NCBI GenBank assembly: GCA_013265495.1
Contig: MU057887.1
Span: 1,499,985-1,563,984 of the forward strand
Direction of reading: 5' to 3'
Source of the DNA: Vicugna vicugna
Taxonomy: Eukaryota
Length of the DNA stretch: 64,000 nt
In this document: positions 1 through 12,034 of the stretch, in pieces
How the letters are laid out: the number at the start of each line of letters is the position of its first letter
How positions within the stretch are numbered: position 1 is the first letter of the stretch
Translations under genes and position numbers: made by a program
Notes under the pieces: model-generated
Told to the model about the DNA's origin: nothing
The model's input: the letters and a program-made list of their open reading frames with translations, nothing else
Database searches by the model: none

Positions 1-1004
1 GCACGCTGCAATGAAGCAACCTTGCCTGGATGTCATTTTGCAAGTGTGAGTAGGAGAGGTTCTTGGAAATGGCAGTGTGATTTTACTGGATTTTGCGGAA
101 TTGCCCTGCACTCCACTCTCAAGTGGGGGACCCCGGTTCCCTGTCCTGACACCCACACACCGCGTCTGTGCCCATCTGTCAGGGAAATCGTTTCTTGACG
201 TAATTTTAATTTGTGCTTTGTGCTTCCCTCTCCGTACGCGAAGGGAGCCAGCCGTCCTTTCACATGCTTAGGAGCTGTGTGTTCTCCTCTGCTGCAGGCT
301 GGGTCTTTTGCCCACTTTTCTGCTGGGCGGCTTTTCAACATTAGACAAATTAATCCTTCGTAATCTGTGTTGCAAGTGTTTTTTCCTGGGTTGCCGTTTA
401 TCTTTGACTGTTGACAGAGGTTTTTGCCTGGCAGACGCGTGTTTGTAGTGTAACCTGTCTTCTCCTTTACCGTGTGTCTGGTCTTGCTTGGAAAGGCCCC
501 GTCCGGCCCCAAGGTTCCGAACCCCCACCACCAAACCACCACGGCCCCCTCGGCTCCTCCCCTGCTGTCCTTATTCTACCTTCAAGTCTTTGGTCCACTT
601 TGAATTTGTGTTGGGAAGGAGTGAGGTGTGGCCCCAGTGTCATCTTTCTCCACCAAGCTCTCACCTGTTGAATGATGCGGGTCTCCCCTCCGACCGAGAA
701 GGCCCCTCGCCCCAGTGGGTCTGGGTCTGTTCGCTACATTCTAGCAGGTTCCATGGCTCTGCGTCGCTCATGTGCCACCGTCAAGCTTTTAACGTGACCA
801 CAGCTGCGTTGTGTTTTACCATGTGGCAGGGCTGGTCTCCCCTCACGCTGCTGGCTTTTCAGAGTTTTTCTGGCTCTTTGACTTATTTTTAACTCATAAA
901 CCTTAGACTCAGTTTGTCTTGCTTCCTCTAAAACCTTTTCAGGGGAATCACACTGGATGTGTAGATTATTTTAGAGTTTCGTCTTCCCGCTCCCCTTCTG
1001 TGTA

Positions 1005-1595
1005 AACGTGGCTAAATACACGTGTGTGCAGATAACACACTGCGTACGTATCTGATGTATACATAGGCCTTAGTGTTTTAAAGTGTACGGTTCAGTGGCG
1101 TTAAGTACATTCACACTGTACTTAACGTGCAGTTCGTGGACACCCATCTCTAGAACTTTTCCATCTTCTCAAACTGAAACTGCCCCTCTCAGACCCCCGC
1201 TGCCCAGCCCTGGCCCCACCACCTGCTTTGTCTCTGGATTTGGCTCCTCTGGGTGCCTCGTGCAGGTGGGGTCGTGCGGTATTTGAACGTTTGTGACCCA
1301 CTTGTTTCACTGAGTTTGGCGTCCTCAAGGTCCACCTGTGCTGTAGCCCGTGTTAGCACCTTCTTCCTTTTTAAGGCTGGATTCTCTTCCCTTGTGTGTA
1401 AGAGACCACGTTTTGTGTGTTCCAAATGGGCCTTGGGTTACTTCCGTGCTTCAGTGAGTGCGACTTGTGCTCCTGTGAACACGGGTGTGCAGGTCTCCCT
1501 TCGAGTCCCTGCTTTCAGTTCGTTTGGGATTGCTGGATCCCATGGTAGTCCTACTTTTAATTTTTTTGAGAAATTGTGCTGTTTTCCATGGTCCC
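1005..1595 (-). mobile_element. Old L1M (L1MA/MB-like) 3' fragment, antisense
   Basis: AAGTGTACGGTTCAGTGGCGTTAAGTACATTCACA...CTAGAACTTTTCCATCTTCTCAAACTGAAAC...GGATTGCTGGATC are typical reverse-strand L1M 3' blocks. Confidence 0.75.
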
Positions 1596-2537
1596 CGTGG
1601 CTGTGATTTATGCTTCTGGTCGTGCGAGCTGAACATCAGGCCGGAGCGCTGGCTGAGAGTACAGTGCACCTGCAGCTCTGCGGCTGACTGCGCCGGACCC
1701 CTGCGAGCCCGGTCCCTGGCGCCTGGGCCGCAGGGACGAGACGTCTGCCTCGGGTGGCTGTGCCCTCCCTCACTGAACCTCAGTTTCCTCCTCTCATTGG
1801 AAGGGGAGGCACCGTAATAGTAGCAGCTGAGGCTCATTGAGTTCTTAGTGCATGTCAGGCCCAGAGACAGGCTTGGGGGCGAGGATCCCCGGAGGCTGGC
1901 ATGTGAGGCGAAGTGAGGTGAGGCCCGGGAGCAGCAAACGTGCTTGTTCTCCGTGCAGCGTGGCTACTAGTAAAGTGACCGTGGGTGGGTGCCCTGCCCT
2001 CGCCCCTCCCTCCAGTGCATCGGTGCGTCCTGCAAGGTCCGCATCTGCCGGCCTGGCCAGGCCGCCCTCCCTCCCCTGCCCAGCAGCCAACCCCATGCTG
2101 TGACCCCGAATGGACCCCAGCGCCCGGTCTGCTCCTGCCTGTCTCAGTCATTTCCTTCTGGCTTGTTCTGGTGTGAGGGCTCTGTCTGGGGTGCCTGCCC
2201 CTGCAGGGCACGGCCGGCTCCGTGGTGCCACTGCCTGCGGTGTAGCCATCACCTCCTCAGAGCACTGGCCCTGGCCCGTCGCCTCCTCTGCATCCTGGTC
2301 CCAACTGCACCTGTATGTAGTAGGTGCTCATTAAACGCTCGACTGGCTCGTTATTGTGACTCCTGGACGTGTGGTGCTCACTTCCATTCCGTTCCTGATC
2401 CCTGCCGGATGGTGAGCCGCCGCCACGGTCCCCGGCACCGACGTGCGTTACAGGCGCTCGTCGAGCTTGTCTTGTTTAGCCGCAGCCACTCTGCCTCGGC
2501 CCCGCCGGGGGCGCTCATGCAAGAACCGTCTGCCACA

Positions 2538-2570
2538 CTGGGCGGCTGCCTGGGCGGCTGCCTGGGCGGC
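2538..2570. repeat. 12-bp tandem repeat CTGGGCGGCTGC, about 2.75 copies
   Basis: Read directly. Confidence 0.9.
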
Positions 2571-3597
2571 AGGTGCAGAGAGGACCCAGAGGTTTGTTTG
2601 TTTTTGCTGGTTTTTCCTTTTCACTGGACGTGAGCTCTGCAGCAAGGGCGGCCAGCCGAGCCCCTCTGCTGGCAGGCCCCGGGCTCCCTCCTTCCTGGGC
2701 CAGCTCAGTGGGAAGTGTGGGTTGTGCCCCGTCTGCGCGGGGTGGAAAGCCTTCGTGGAGACAACCCACACTGGGCTGGGAAACATCCCGGGGATCGGTC
2801 TGCGGGTGAGTCCAGGGGGCCCCGGGAGGGAGCCCTGGGCCTCGGCTGGGCCACGTTTAAGAAAAGAAGAAAGCTGCTGTAGGCAGGGGGTTTGGAGGCA
2901 GCCCAGGGCTCTTTACCCCGGGAGCTGATTAAGGCCACGTGAGTGACTTTGGTGCTAGATTTCCTCGGGGACAGGATGGTCTTCAAAACACACCTCCCTC
3001 CCACTGCTTCTCTCCCAGGCCGCGTGCTGGGCCCAGACGCTGAGGCGGGGCGGGTGGGGTCCCTGTTGTTGAGCTGAGTGCTCTGGGGACAGGGAGGGGG
3101 TAGGGGAGCCTTCCTGGGGGGAGCAGCAGTGCACAGTCTTGCAGGGTGGATTGGGGTGTTCCAGGCGGAAGATGGTGCTTAGGGCAGGCTCCTGGCTTAG
3201 TGGGGTCCTTTTCAGTGTGCTGTTTGTTTCTGCAGAGTGGGGGCCCTGCCCGGGACCTCAGTGTGGGTGGGGGCCTCCAGTGATGGGTTACTCAGAGCTG
3301 GCAGCCGGCCCTTCTGCCTCGGGTGGGGTGCAGGAGGTGGAGGGCGGGGGAGGCCCGGGCAGACCGCCCAGGTGGGACGGGCCAGAGTGGACTGCGGTGT
3401 GTGGGACTCCCTCACTGAGCCGCTGCTGGCCTCGCCGTGGACGACGCTGTGCCCTCACCCCTTTCCTAGAGAAGACGGGACGGTGGCGAGGCCACTGGAA
3501 GGGGGTCCCACGTGCTGAGCCTGTTAGGGGCCAGGGAGTGCTGGGACCTGCTCGAGAGTCCTTGTTCTGCCGGGCGCTTACTGCCTTGAGGTGAGGG

Positions 3598-3790
3598 ACA
3601 GTAGACCACGGCCCATGGCCCAAACATAGCTCTCCGCTGCCTGTTTCTGTAAATAAGGTTTCATTGGCCCGGAGCCGCACCTGTTTCACAGCGCAGCAGA
3701 GCTGAGGAGTTATGACAGAGGCCGTGTGGCCTGCCGTGCCCGAGACATTCACCGCCTGGCCCGTCACAGAGCAGGTTTGCCAAGCCTGGT
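3598..3790. mobile_element. MER58-like fragment
   Basis: CCACGGCCCATGG...GCTGCCTGTTTCTGTAAATAAGGTTTCATTGG...GGCCCGTCACAGAGCAGGTTTGCCAAGCC. Confidence 0.65.
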
Positions 3791-4319
3791 GCTGCGTCCT
3801 GGTGCATCTGGGGAACACCCTGCTTTCAAACAGCTGCGAGCTGCAGCCCTGGTCTGCTTTCAGGATCTGGGCCAGGGCGACGGCAGGAAGTCATGACTCT
3901 GGGAATCCGGAAGGCATTTCCTACCAGCTCTCTCCTGGCTGGATCCTCCAAGTCCTGAATGCTGAGAGTGATGGAGAGAGTTGAAAAAAAGAATGCCTTC
4001 CCCAGAAATGAGTTCTTGTGTTTCCGGTTGTTTAGTTTATTTGCTTAGACAACAGTTGGGCTTTTATCTACCTGCTCCTAAACGGTAGGCTTTCCTTTTA
4101 GCTTTGTTTTGTTTAAATAAACATCTGTGGCCAGTCTGCCAGGCTCCCCACTCAGTCTCCTGGGCAGAGGGGCGTGTGAGCTGTCGTGCAGCGTGATGGA
4201 TGCATCAACAGAGGCATGTGCCGGGGAGGGTGGGAGGCTGGGAGGCTGGGGCTGTCTGATGTTGAGGCAAGTACAAGCTCGAGCCCAGCGAGGTTGGTTT
4301 ATGTTCCTGATGGGGCCCT

Positions 4320-4740
4320 CCTCTCGCGCCCTGCCTCAGCGTCCACAGTCTGCCAAGCGGCGTAACAATAGCTGTCTCCTGTCCGCGCTGCAGCCAGGAC
4401 GTGCGACCCCCGGAGCGGGGAGGCGAGCTTGTTGCCCGTGCCTGAGATGCGGGCTCCGGCAGGCTTCAGGGTGCGCGGGAGACCTGGGGGCGGTGAAAGC
4501 TTAGTACCGGGGATCGTCCTCGCCGTGAGGGGGCCCCACGCTGCCGCCGTAGTAGCACGTGGCACAGCCCCGACGTTCCTGTCGGACCACACTTGCTTGT
4601 GGGTTGCAGCCCTGGCTGACTGTGGAGGGAGGGTTGCAGCAGGAAGCAGTGAGAGCGAGTATGAGGGCCGCTTGGCTGAATGGAACGTACAGCGAAGAGC
4701 GAACGTGTTGCTGTTGTTTGTAAACTCGCTGCACATCTTC
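4320..4740. promoter_or_regulatory. CpG-dense segment, candidate GRAMD4 alternative promoter or enhancer
   Basis: About 36 CpG in 420 bp by manual count; function is inferred. Confidence 0.4.
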
Positions 4741-5642
4741 ATCACTGAGATTTTTATAAATGTTTGTATGTCTGTGCCCAGAGGTCTCGGGGGGTGTTGC
4801 TAGATCGTTGCACGGTCCCAGTTTGCAGAGGAGGGGAGGGCGTCTCAAACCGGACCCCCTCAGCTCTCCTCTTCCTGACCTGCGCTCCCGGACCACCCTG
4901 GCCATCGGGGGGTCACGGAGCCCAAAGCACCCTGGGCAGCTTTCCTGTTACCACGCAGGAAACTCAGCTCCTGGTACTGGGGGGGCAGGAGGGGGTGAGG
5001 GAGTCTGGCTTCAGCTGTGTAGGAGGGAAAGCCCCTGAGGAACGCAGGCCTCCTCCTGGGGAGACGTCCGGCTGCTGAAGCCGTGGAGTTAAGCTCTGTA
5101 GGCATTTGTGGGGCCAGGGACGCTGCTTCCCCGGGGCTTGAGGGGCAAAGTGCGACACTGGCCCTTTGAGGCATCTGTGGCTGAGTGGCTCTGAGCACAT
5201 GTGGGCCTGGCCCTCCCAGCAGGGCACTCGCAGCCCAGCCCTGGGGACCCTGCCTTTGTGCACCGTCCCCTCCTTCCCCAGTGCCCTGAGCCCGCCGGCC
5301 CTTGGCACTGCCGGCTGTGCCTGCACCTGCCCTCGGCCATGTGTGCTGACGGGTGGGGCCGGGGGCGCAAATCCCAAACGAGGGGTTAGCTGGGGGTCCC
5401 GGGACGCCAAACCAGAAGGACTAGTGGAGCTTGAGGGGTACTGGGAGGAGAAGCAGCCAGCATGGGACGCCCCAGAACCAGAAGTGCTAGGCACTCCTGC
5501 AAAGGACCAGTTGTGGTGGCCGAAGGACCCTGAGGGGCTCAGGAGGGCTGGAGTCCAGTGTCAGGGAGACAGGAAGCCCCGGGAGGGGTTCTAGCCGCCG
5601 AATCTGGTTTCCTGCCACCTGGAGGAGGGGCTCTGTGAACTG

Positions 5643-5757
5643 CTGTGGCTGCCCGGACCTGGCCGGCCGGGCAGGAGCGTGGGGTGGGGGCGAGGAGCAC
5701 TGTGGCTGCCCGGACCTGGCCGGCCGGGCAGGAGGGTGGGGTGGGGGTGAGGAGCAC
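5643..5757. repeat. Tandem duplication, 57-bp unit x2
   Basis: CTGTGGCTGCCCGGACCTGGCCGGCCGGGCAGGAG(C/G)GTGGGGTGGGGG(C/T)GAGGAGCA starts at 5643 and 5700; 2 mismatches. Confidence 0.95.
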
Positions 5758-8410
5758 AGGTGCGGGGCCTGGTGTGGAGACGGGGCCGACCACCTGTAGG
5801 TGGCTGTGGGGTGATCACCTGGGCACCGGGCTCCTTCCAGGGTTCTGTTTGATGGTCACAGATACCATCCAGGGGGAGGGTCTGCTGAGGCTCCAGCTGT
5901 GTGTGGCAGTCGAGGTTTTACTGACGGGACATCCCACTGGCAGTGGACACTGGGGGAGGCTGGTGGGCACGGAGTCAGCAGAGTCTCTGAGCATTTGGGG
6001 TCCCATTGACTGTGCCCAGCCCGGCAGGACCGAGGCGTCGATCCGGGGTGAGGGAGGGGCTCCCTGACAGGCCTTGAGCCTGGGGAGACCCACGGGTCAT
6101 CGGGTGTGAACCAGAATCTTGAGCCTGGCATGAGTTGGGGGAGTAGTCTCATGTGCCTCCTGGGTCTCGGGCACCTGGACTGCTTCTGGGGGTCGCCCAC
6201 TATGGGGACCCCAGGCGGGCTTGGAGCTGTGTGCGTGTTGGGGTCCTGGGGGTTCACCTCGTAGGGCTATGGGCTTTGGGGTGTCAGTTAGGATCAGGCC
6301 TCTGGGGCTGTCTTTCCGGAGGACAGAGACCTGGCAGAGGGCTGGGTGGTTGGCTGGGACTGGCTTGGGGTGGGGAGGAGGGAGGGGCTCAGTCCTCGCC
6401 CAACATCTGTGACTCCCCGGGAGTGTGATTTAGGATAAGCATTTCTTCCTTTGGGAAAATGGACATAGTTTATTCTGGGATCTGCAGAAGAGCCACCAGA
6501 TAACCAGGGATGAAGCCAGGCCCTGGCTGGCCATCTGGGTGCACACGGCGGGTGGCGTGCACCGTGCATCGAGGGAGAATCCTGGGACCTGGGACATGGC
6601 AGGCACTGGACCGGGACCCACTGTTCTCTAAATCTTGGGCTGGGAGGGGAAGTAAAGCCCTTTGTGGTTTCCTAGTCCAGGATTCCCTGAACACTGCTGC
6701 CTTTGTGTGTCCAGGGGCCTTTCAGCGGGTTTCCAGAGCAGTGTGCTTTGTGTCCTGGGGCCAGAGCTGGCCTCAGTCCTGCGTCCCGAGGGCCTGGAGC
6801 CCAGTGGGCACTGCCTGGAGCCGGGGGCCGCTGCCTGGGCCTCCGCACAGGTGCCCCACGCGGTGCCTGCTCTGTCTCGCTGCCTCCCTGGCCCTCGGTT
6901 GCAAATTCCTTGCAGGTGCGGCGGCTCTGAGCAGGGCTCTGGAGTAGCCACAGGGAGCGTGTCCCACGTGGAGGTACAGGGACGGGGTCGGTCCCAGAGC
7001 TTCAGGGGCCAGGGCAGCAGATCCCACTCTGAGGGGCCGCTCCACCTTGAGGGGTGGGCGTGTAGGGCGCCTGTGGGTGCATGTAGAGGGGCTGGTTCTG
7101 GGGAGGCAGGCTTTCTCCCCGTGGGCCGTGGGGAGTGGGGGCTGGCTGGGGAAGGGGAAGGCTGGGTGGATGCTGGGGAGGGGGAGACGCATGGCAGCAC
7201 CCAGAACAGACGGCGCAAGTGAGATTCGTCGTGACGGCGTCTGCTGCCGCTGGCCCTATGGGGAGGGCCCCGCTCCGGGTCACGCTTGGTGTCCCTTGCT
7301 GTCCGTAGACCACAGCCACGTCGGTTCTCTGTGTTCATCTGAAAGCTGGGGGTGACAGAGTTGAACGGTGTCGCTGAGATGGTGTCGTCCTGGTGTGAGG
7401 GAGCCCGGTGTGGGGCTGTGATGGGGAGGGCTTCCCCCCAACCCCGGACCCACCTGGGAGGGGCGGTCGGATGTCCTGGTGCCTGGTCCTTATTGGAGAA
7501 CAGATGGACTTCTCGCCTTTCCAGCAGCCCAGGAGTCTGGGGCAGGATGGGGGTTGGTGGGAATGGGAGTGGGCCCTTGGCACCCCCTGGCTCAGGTGGG
7601 CTGTGTGTTCGGATGGCTTCACTGGGGGCTCATGTGAGCAGGCATGGGGAGGGGTGGGGTGAGCTGGGGGCTGTGAGCTGGGGCCCGCTGGGTAGGGCAG
7701 CGTGTGGGCCCCGTGCTGGGTGTGAGGAGCATTCTGATGGTAGCGGGTGTACACTCGGTGCTTTGTCCCCTCACCCCTGGCGGCCTCCTTTGCTTGCTCG
7801 GCTGAATCGGGAAGGAAGACGGCCCCAGCCTGCAGGATCGTGAAAGCCCCAGACAGGGGGCCCTTCTGACCAGAGCCCAGTGTCGGAGAGGTGTGTGGCT
7901 GCGTGACACGGGCAGCTCCCCTCCCGGGAAGGCAGCCCGCCCCGGGCCGCCCCCCCCTCCACCGGCTTATGACGGATGCTGCGTGAGGAGGGGCCCCTCA
8001 GGTCCTTTGGAAAATGGAAGGAAGTAGATTTACATGCCAGCACTTTCTACCTGGTTTATTTTTATTTTTCAAGTTAGAAAAGCAATGGGAGCATGAGTAA
8101 AACAGAAATAGCAGTGGGGAAGCGTGACAGGACATTTGGAGAGAAGTTTACGGCCTCCCACGAGCCTCCCTCAGGGTCCAGTGTCACCTGAGGTCTCTTT
8201 AGATGCCCGTTGGCCACCACGGTGACCACGGGGCAGCAGCATTTTATAACTGCCTCTGTGATCCCAGGGACACCCCGTGAGTCCTTGCAGTGCTCAGAGC
8301 CCCCGCTGTGCTGCCAAGACACTCGCCGTTGTTGGACTTGCTCCTGGGACGCGTCCCGAGACGGGGCATCACTGTCCGAAGGGCGTCGGTGCCAGTGTTG
8401 GTGCTTCCCA

Positions 8411-8428
8411 CCGCCGCCGCCGCCGCCG
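8411..8428. repeat. (CCG)6 microsatellite
   Basis: Read directly. Confidence 0.95.
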
Positions 8429-10221
8429 CGTCCCTGGCTTCGGTTTCCTTCCCAGGGAAGCTGCAGGGTTTTGCATGAGTGCTGGTAGCTTTCCTCCTGC
8501 CGGGACTCCTCTGCTCAGGGAGTCTGTGCGTCGTCTGTGTCCCGAGGCCTCTAACTTTCACCACCCTGTTCAGGTTGTCCTACAGCAAATATGCTAGTTC
8601 TCATACACTCTGTTTGCTGTAGGTGTCCTCTGTTTCATTGCATTTTTTTTTTAAACAAATGGTAGTTGACAGTTAGAGGTTTGTTTTTTTTTTTTAACTT
8701 TGATTAGTTTTTCAGTCTCTTAACATAGACCGTCATGCTCTCTCTAGGGACTTGATAAGTGCTCTCTTTTTTTTTTTAAAGTTTACTTAACCTTTTAGTC
8801 CATCTGGAGTGCACAGCTCCTGTACTTGGATATCATTTCCAGGTGGCCGGCTGTGTGCCCCCTGCCCGCCACGCGAGCAGGGACACTGCCTCCCCCAGCC
8901 CCATGGCGTTGTGCACTCCAGGGCCCCCTGGGTTCCAGGGGGTGGTGGGTTTCATGTGGCTTTTGCTCCAGGGCCACGTTGGGCCACCTTAGTGTTCCAC
9001 ATGGGGCCCAAGAAGCTCCTGTCCCAGGGGCTACTGCGCTCTTCCTCTGACATGCCGCAGCCTCCGTTGTCCTTGGAGACCAGAGCGAGCCCTGGGTCTT
9101 CCTGACCGGGTTTCCAGAGCCCCCTCTGTGAGCAAGCTTTCTTGCCCTGAGCAGTGGTGTGGGTGGAGCGGAGGCCCCTTGGGGGCTGCAGACGGGCACC
9201 CTTACTTAGGCTGTGACTTAACGTGATTTAACGGTCTGAGCGCCTCCGAGCCTGCCCTATCCAAAACAGGACGTGCTTCTCCCGCCTTCGCGGTTCTCCG
9301 TGAAGTACCCCAGCTGGGCGGTGAGGGCCGAGCTGATGGGTTCCACCCTGCTCACCCCGCTTCCTGCCCGCCTCGCGCGGACATCATTGTGCTGTGTACT
9401 GAGTCCAGGGTGGGTGTTGGGCGCTCGTGCGTCACGTTAAAATCTCGGGGTGGTTTTGCCTGATCCCTGTGCTGCCCGCTTCAGAGGGGGAAGCTGAGGC
9501 TCAGAAAGGTGGGGAGTGGCGGGACGGGCTGTGAGCCCTGGCGCGTCCAGCGTCCCTGCCCTGTGGGGCCTCATGGAGGTTGAGGGCCAGGGTACGTGGG
9601 AGCTCCCTGACCTGCAGCCCCAGGCTGAGGGGCGTGTGACTGGGGGCTTCGGAGTGAGGCCGACTGGACAAGCAGCAGGGCCTCTCTCACCCTGCCCCTG
9701 AGCCTTCCTGGCCGAGTCGGGGCAGGGACGCGGGGAACGGGGGCCCCACTGCATGTCCGTCCTGGTGTGCACGTGTGTGTGAACTTGTGTGTGTCCTCCA
9801 CGCCAGCACAGCCACCCCCTCTGCTGAGCCAGCACCAGGGTCTGGCTGCCCTCCTGCTCCAGGCTGGGCCCACCTCTATGCTGGGAGGGCCCACCCAGAG
9901 ATGTGGCTTCCTTCTGCCCTGCGGGGTGCACGGGGGAGTTAGCCTGGGTAGGTGACAGAGGTCCGAGGTCAGCAGCCAGCCCAGCCAGGTGGGGGTGACA
10001 GGGCCCGGGCCTGGTGGGCACAAGACGGGCACCTGTGGACCTTGGGTTCCCTGAGTAGTGGGACTGGCTGCTCTCTGAGGGCAGTGCTTGGTCTCAGCCC
10101 AGGGCTGCGGCCTGGGGCCGCGTGTGGAGGCTTGTGGGTGCATGGGCAGGTAGGCGGCCAGCAGGCAACTGACCAGGTGACCACACCTCCCTCTTCTCCT
10201 CTTGCAGGGACCCCGACCGTC

Positions 10222-10233
10222 ATGTTAAGGTAA
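10222..10233 (+). promoter_or_regulatory. Minimal uORF ATG TTA AGG TAA in the GRAMD4 leader
   Basis: Read directly; lies inside the first coding exon and ends 23 nt before the main ATG. Confidence 0.7.
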
Positions 10234-10256
10234 AGCAGAGGGGCTCAGTGCTGAAC

Positions 10257-10418
10257 ATGCTAAGGAGACTGGACAAGATCAGGTTCAGAGGTCACAAGAG
10301 GGACGACTTCCTCGATCTGGCAGAGTCTCCAAACGCCTCGGACACCGAATGCGGAGACGAGGTGCCCCTGAAGACACCTCGGACCTCGCCCCGGGACGGC
10401 GAGGAGCTGAGGGACCCT
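10257..10418 (+). CDS. GRAMD4: GRAMD4 coding exon 1 (MLRRLDKIRFRGHKRDDFLDLAESPNASDTECGDEVPLKTPRTSPRDGEELRDP)
   Basis: Recognised GRAMD4 N-terminus. Acceptor TTGCAG ends at 10207, so the exon starts at 10208 with a 49-nt leader. ATG at 10257; donor CCT|GTGAGT at 10419; phase 0. Confidence 0.96.
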
Positions 10419-12034
10419 GTGAGTACGCCGTGCGGGCCCCTGGGACCGGAGCATCCCCCTCCTCCGCGTGGCTGCAGACCCTGGGTCTCTCGCTGCAGAG
10501 TGGGGCTGTCCCCATCCTGGGGGCCAGTGGACTTGGGTGGACCGTGTCCTGCCTGGGCTGGTCTGACACCAGTGGGGCTTGCTCCCCCTCGGCCCCCGAC
10601 CCTCCGTCCCCCAGCCTCTCGGGTGGGGGCTTGTCCACAGATCGGGGACAAAACAGCCTTTCCTTTACCCAGCATTTGTCCAGAGGCTGGATTTCTTTCC
10701 CTTCCTGGTTGGTTTTCTGGGTGGCTCGCAGACTTCTCATGCAGGAGTGAGGCTGCGGCCCCAGCCCGGCCCCTGGGAGGTTGACCCGGGGCGGCTGAGG
10801 GCGCTGTCTGGGAGTCGCTAGGTCCTCAGGCCTCTGGCTGGTCTGTCCGGCCGTCCAGGGTGCGCGTCACCGATCCCGGTAGCTGGCTGAGCCCAGGCTG
10901 CGTGTCCTCAGCCCACGAGGGGACAGTGGCCCCTGCGGGCCAGGCAGTGGCGCCCCTCGGTTGGACGGTGGGAACCCTCCACAGGGCCGGGCCAGCCCTG
11001 CCTCCTGGGAGCTTGTGTTTGGTCAGCAGGTGTGTGGTAGGGAGGGCGGGCTCCCTGTGGCCCACTCCTGGCCCGACGTGACCGCTGGGCTCTCTGTGCT
11101 GAGCACAGCTCCCTGAGTCCCCCGCGTTGCCACCGAGGAAGCCTGGAGCCGCCCCTCACCCATGGTGGGCGACCTTGGAGTGGACACTGGGTTTGGTGAC
11201 CTGTCGGTTCCTCCCGAAGCACCTGAGCTAGGTTTTCTTTCCAGATGTGGCGGAACGCTCACCCTCCTGGCTCCCTGCGTCGTTAACGCTGTCCAGCAGG
11301 ACGCACAGCTCTTGCTCTTGCAGGAATGAGTGGTGACAGGCGGGGCTGGGCTGCAGAGCCTGGCGGGGACCCCTGCCTGGGCTTCCTCTGTCCCCTGCAG
11401 CCGCAGGGCCCCGTGCTAGACCAGGGACCACTTGGTGTGACCCCCAGTGTAGTCTGGCAGCATCTACCTGCCCGCTGGGGCGTTGTGGGGGTCGCAGGCA
11501 CTGTCCTAAGAAGAGGGGTGGGACCAGCTTTTCGGCAAGGGCCGAGGGCAGGACGTGAGGGTGGGGCGAGCCCAGGGTCACGTGTGTAAATGCCGGTCAC
11601 ACTGACTCACTGCACACCCGCCTCCACCCTCGCTTCCTCCTGACGCTTCCCTGGCTCTCTTCTGTGATGGGGGATGGGCTCAGCATCCCACAGTGGAATG
11701 TGACGTCCTTCATTTAACCTCTGCCCCCAAGGGACACTTGGTGCCCTGAGCTCTTGGCGTTCGTCACTCTCGCAAGCCTTGTGCCCACGTGTCCCAGGTG
11801 GGTGGGCTGGGTCCAGGTGTCTGTCATCCTGGTGGCCGTCACCAGCCCCCTCCTGTGGTGTGCGCTGCGCCCTCCTGAGGGGCCCGTGGCCCACGCCCTT
11901 GCCACCAGCACGGGGTGTCTTGGGTGTTTCTGGCTTGCCAACCCAAGGGGTGGGGAGTGGCAGCTCCGAGTGCTTTTAACTTACGTGGTTTTTACGAGGA
12001 GGGAGGTGGGTCATCTTTGCCTGTGTTGACTTTT

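Noticed and set aside
1-900. Probable very old L1ME-like sequence (also 16760-17000 and 17640-17900)
   Set aside because: T-rich texture only; too degraded to assign a family or boundaries by eye.
5643-5757. CRISPR-like repeat arrays (also 31308-31472 and 29316-29460)
   Set aside because: Mammalian intron context, no unique spacers of regular length and no cas genes; these are ordinary tandem repeats.
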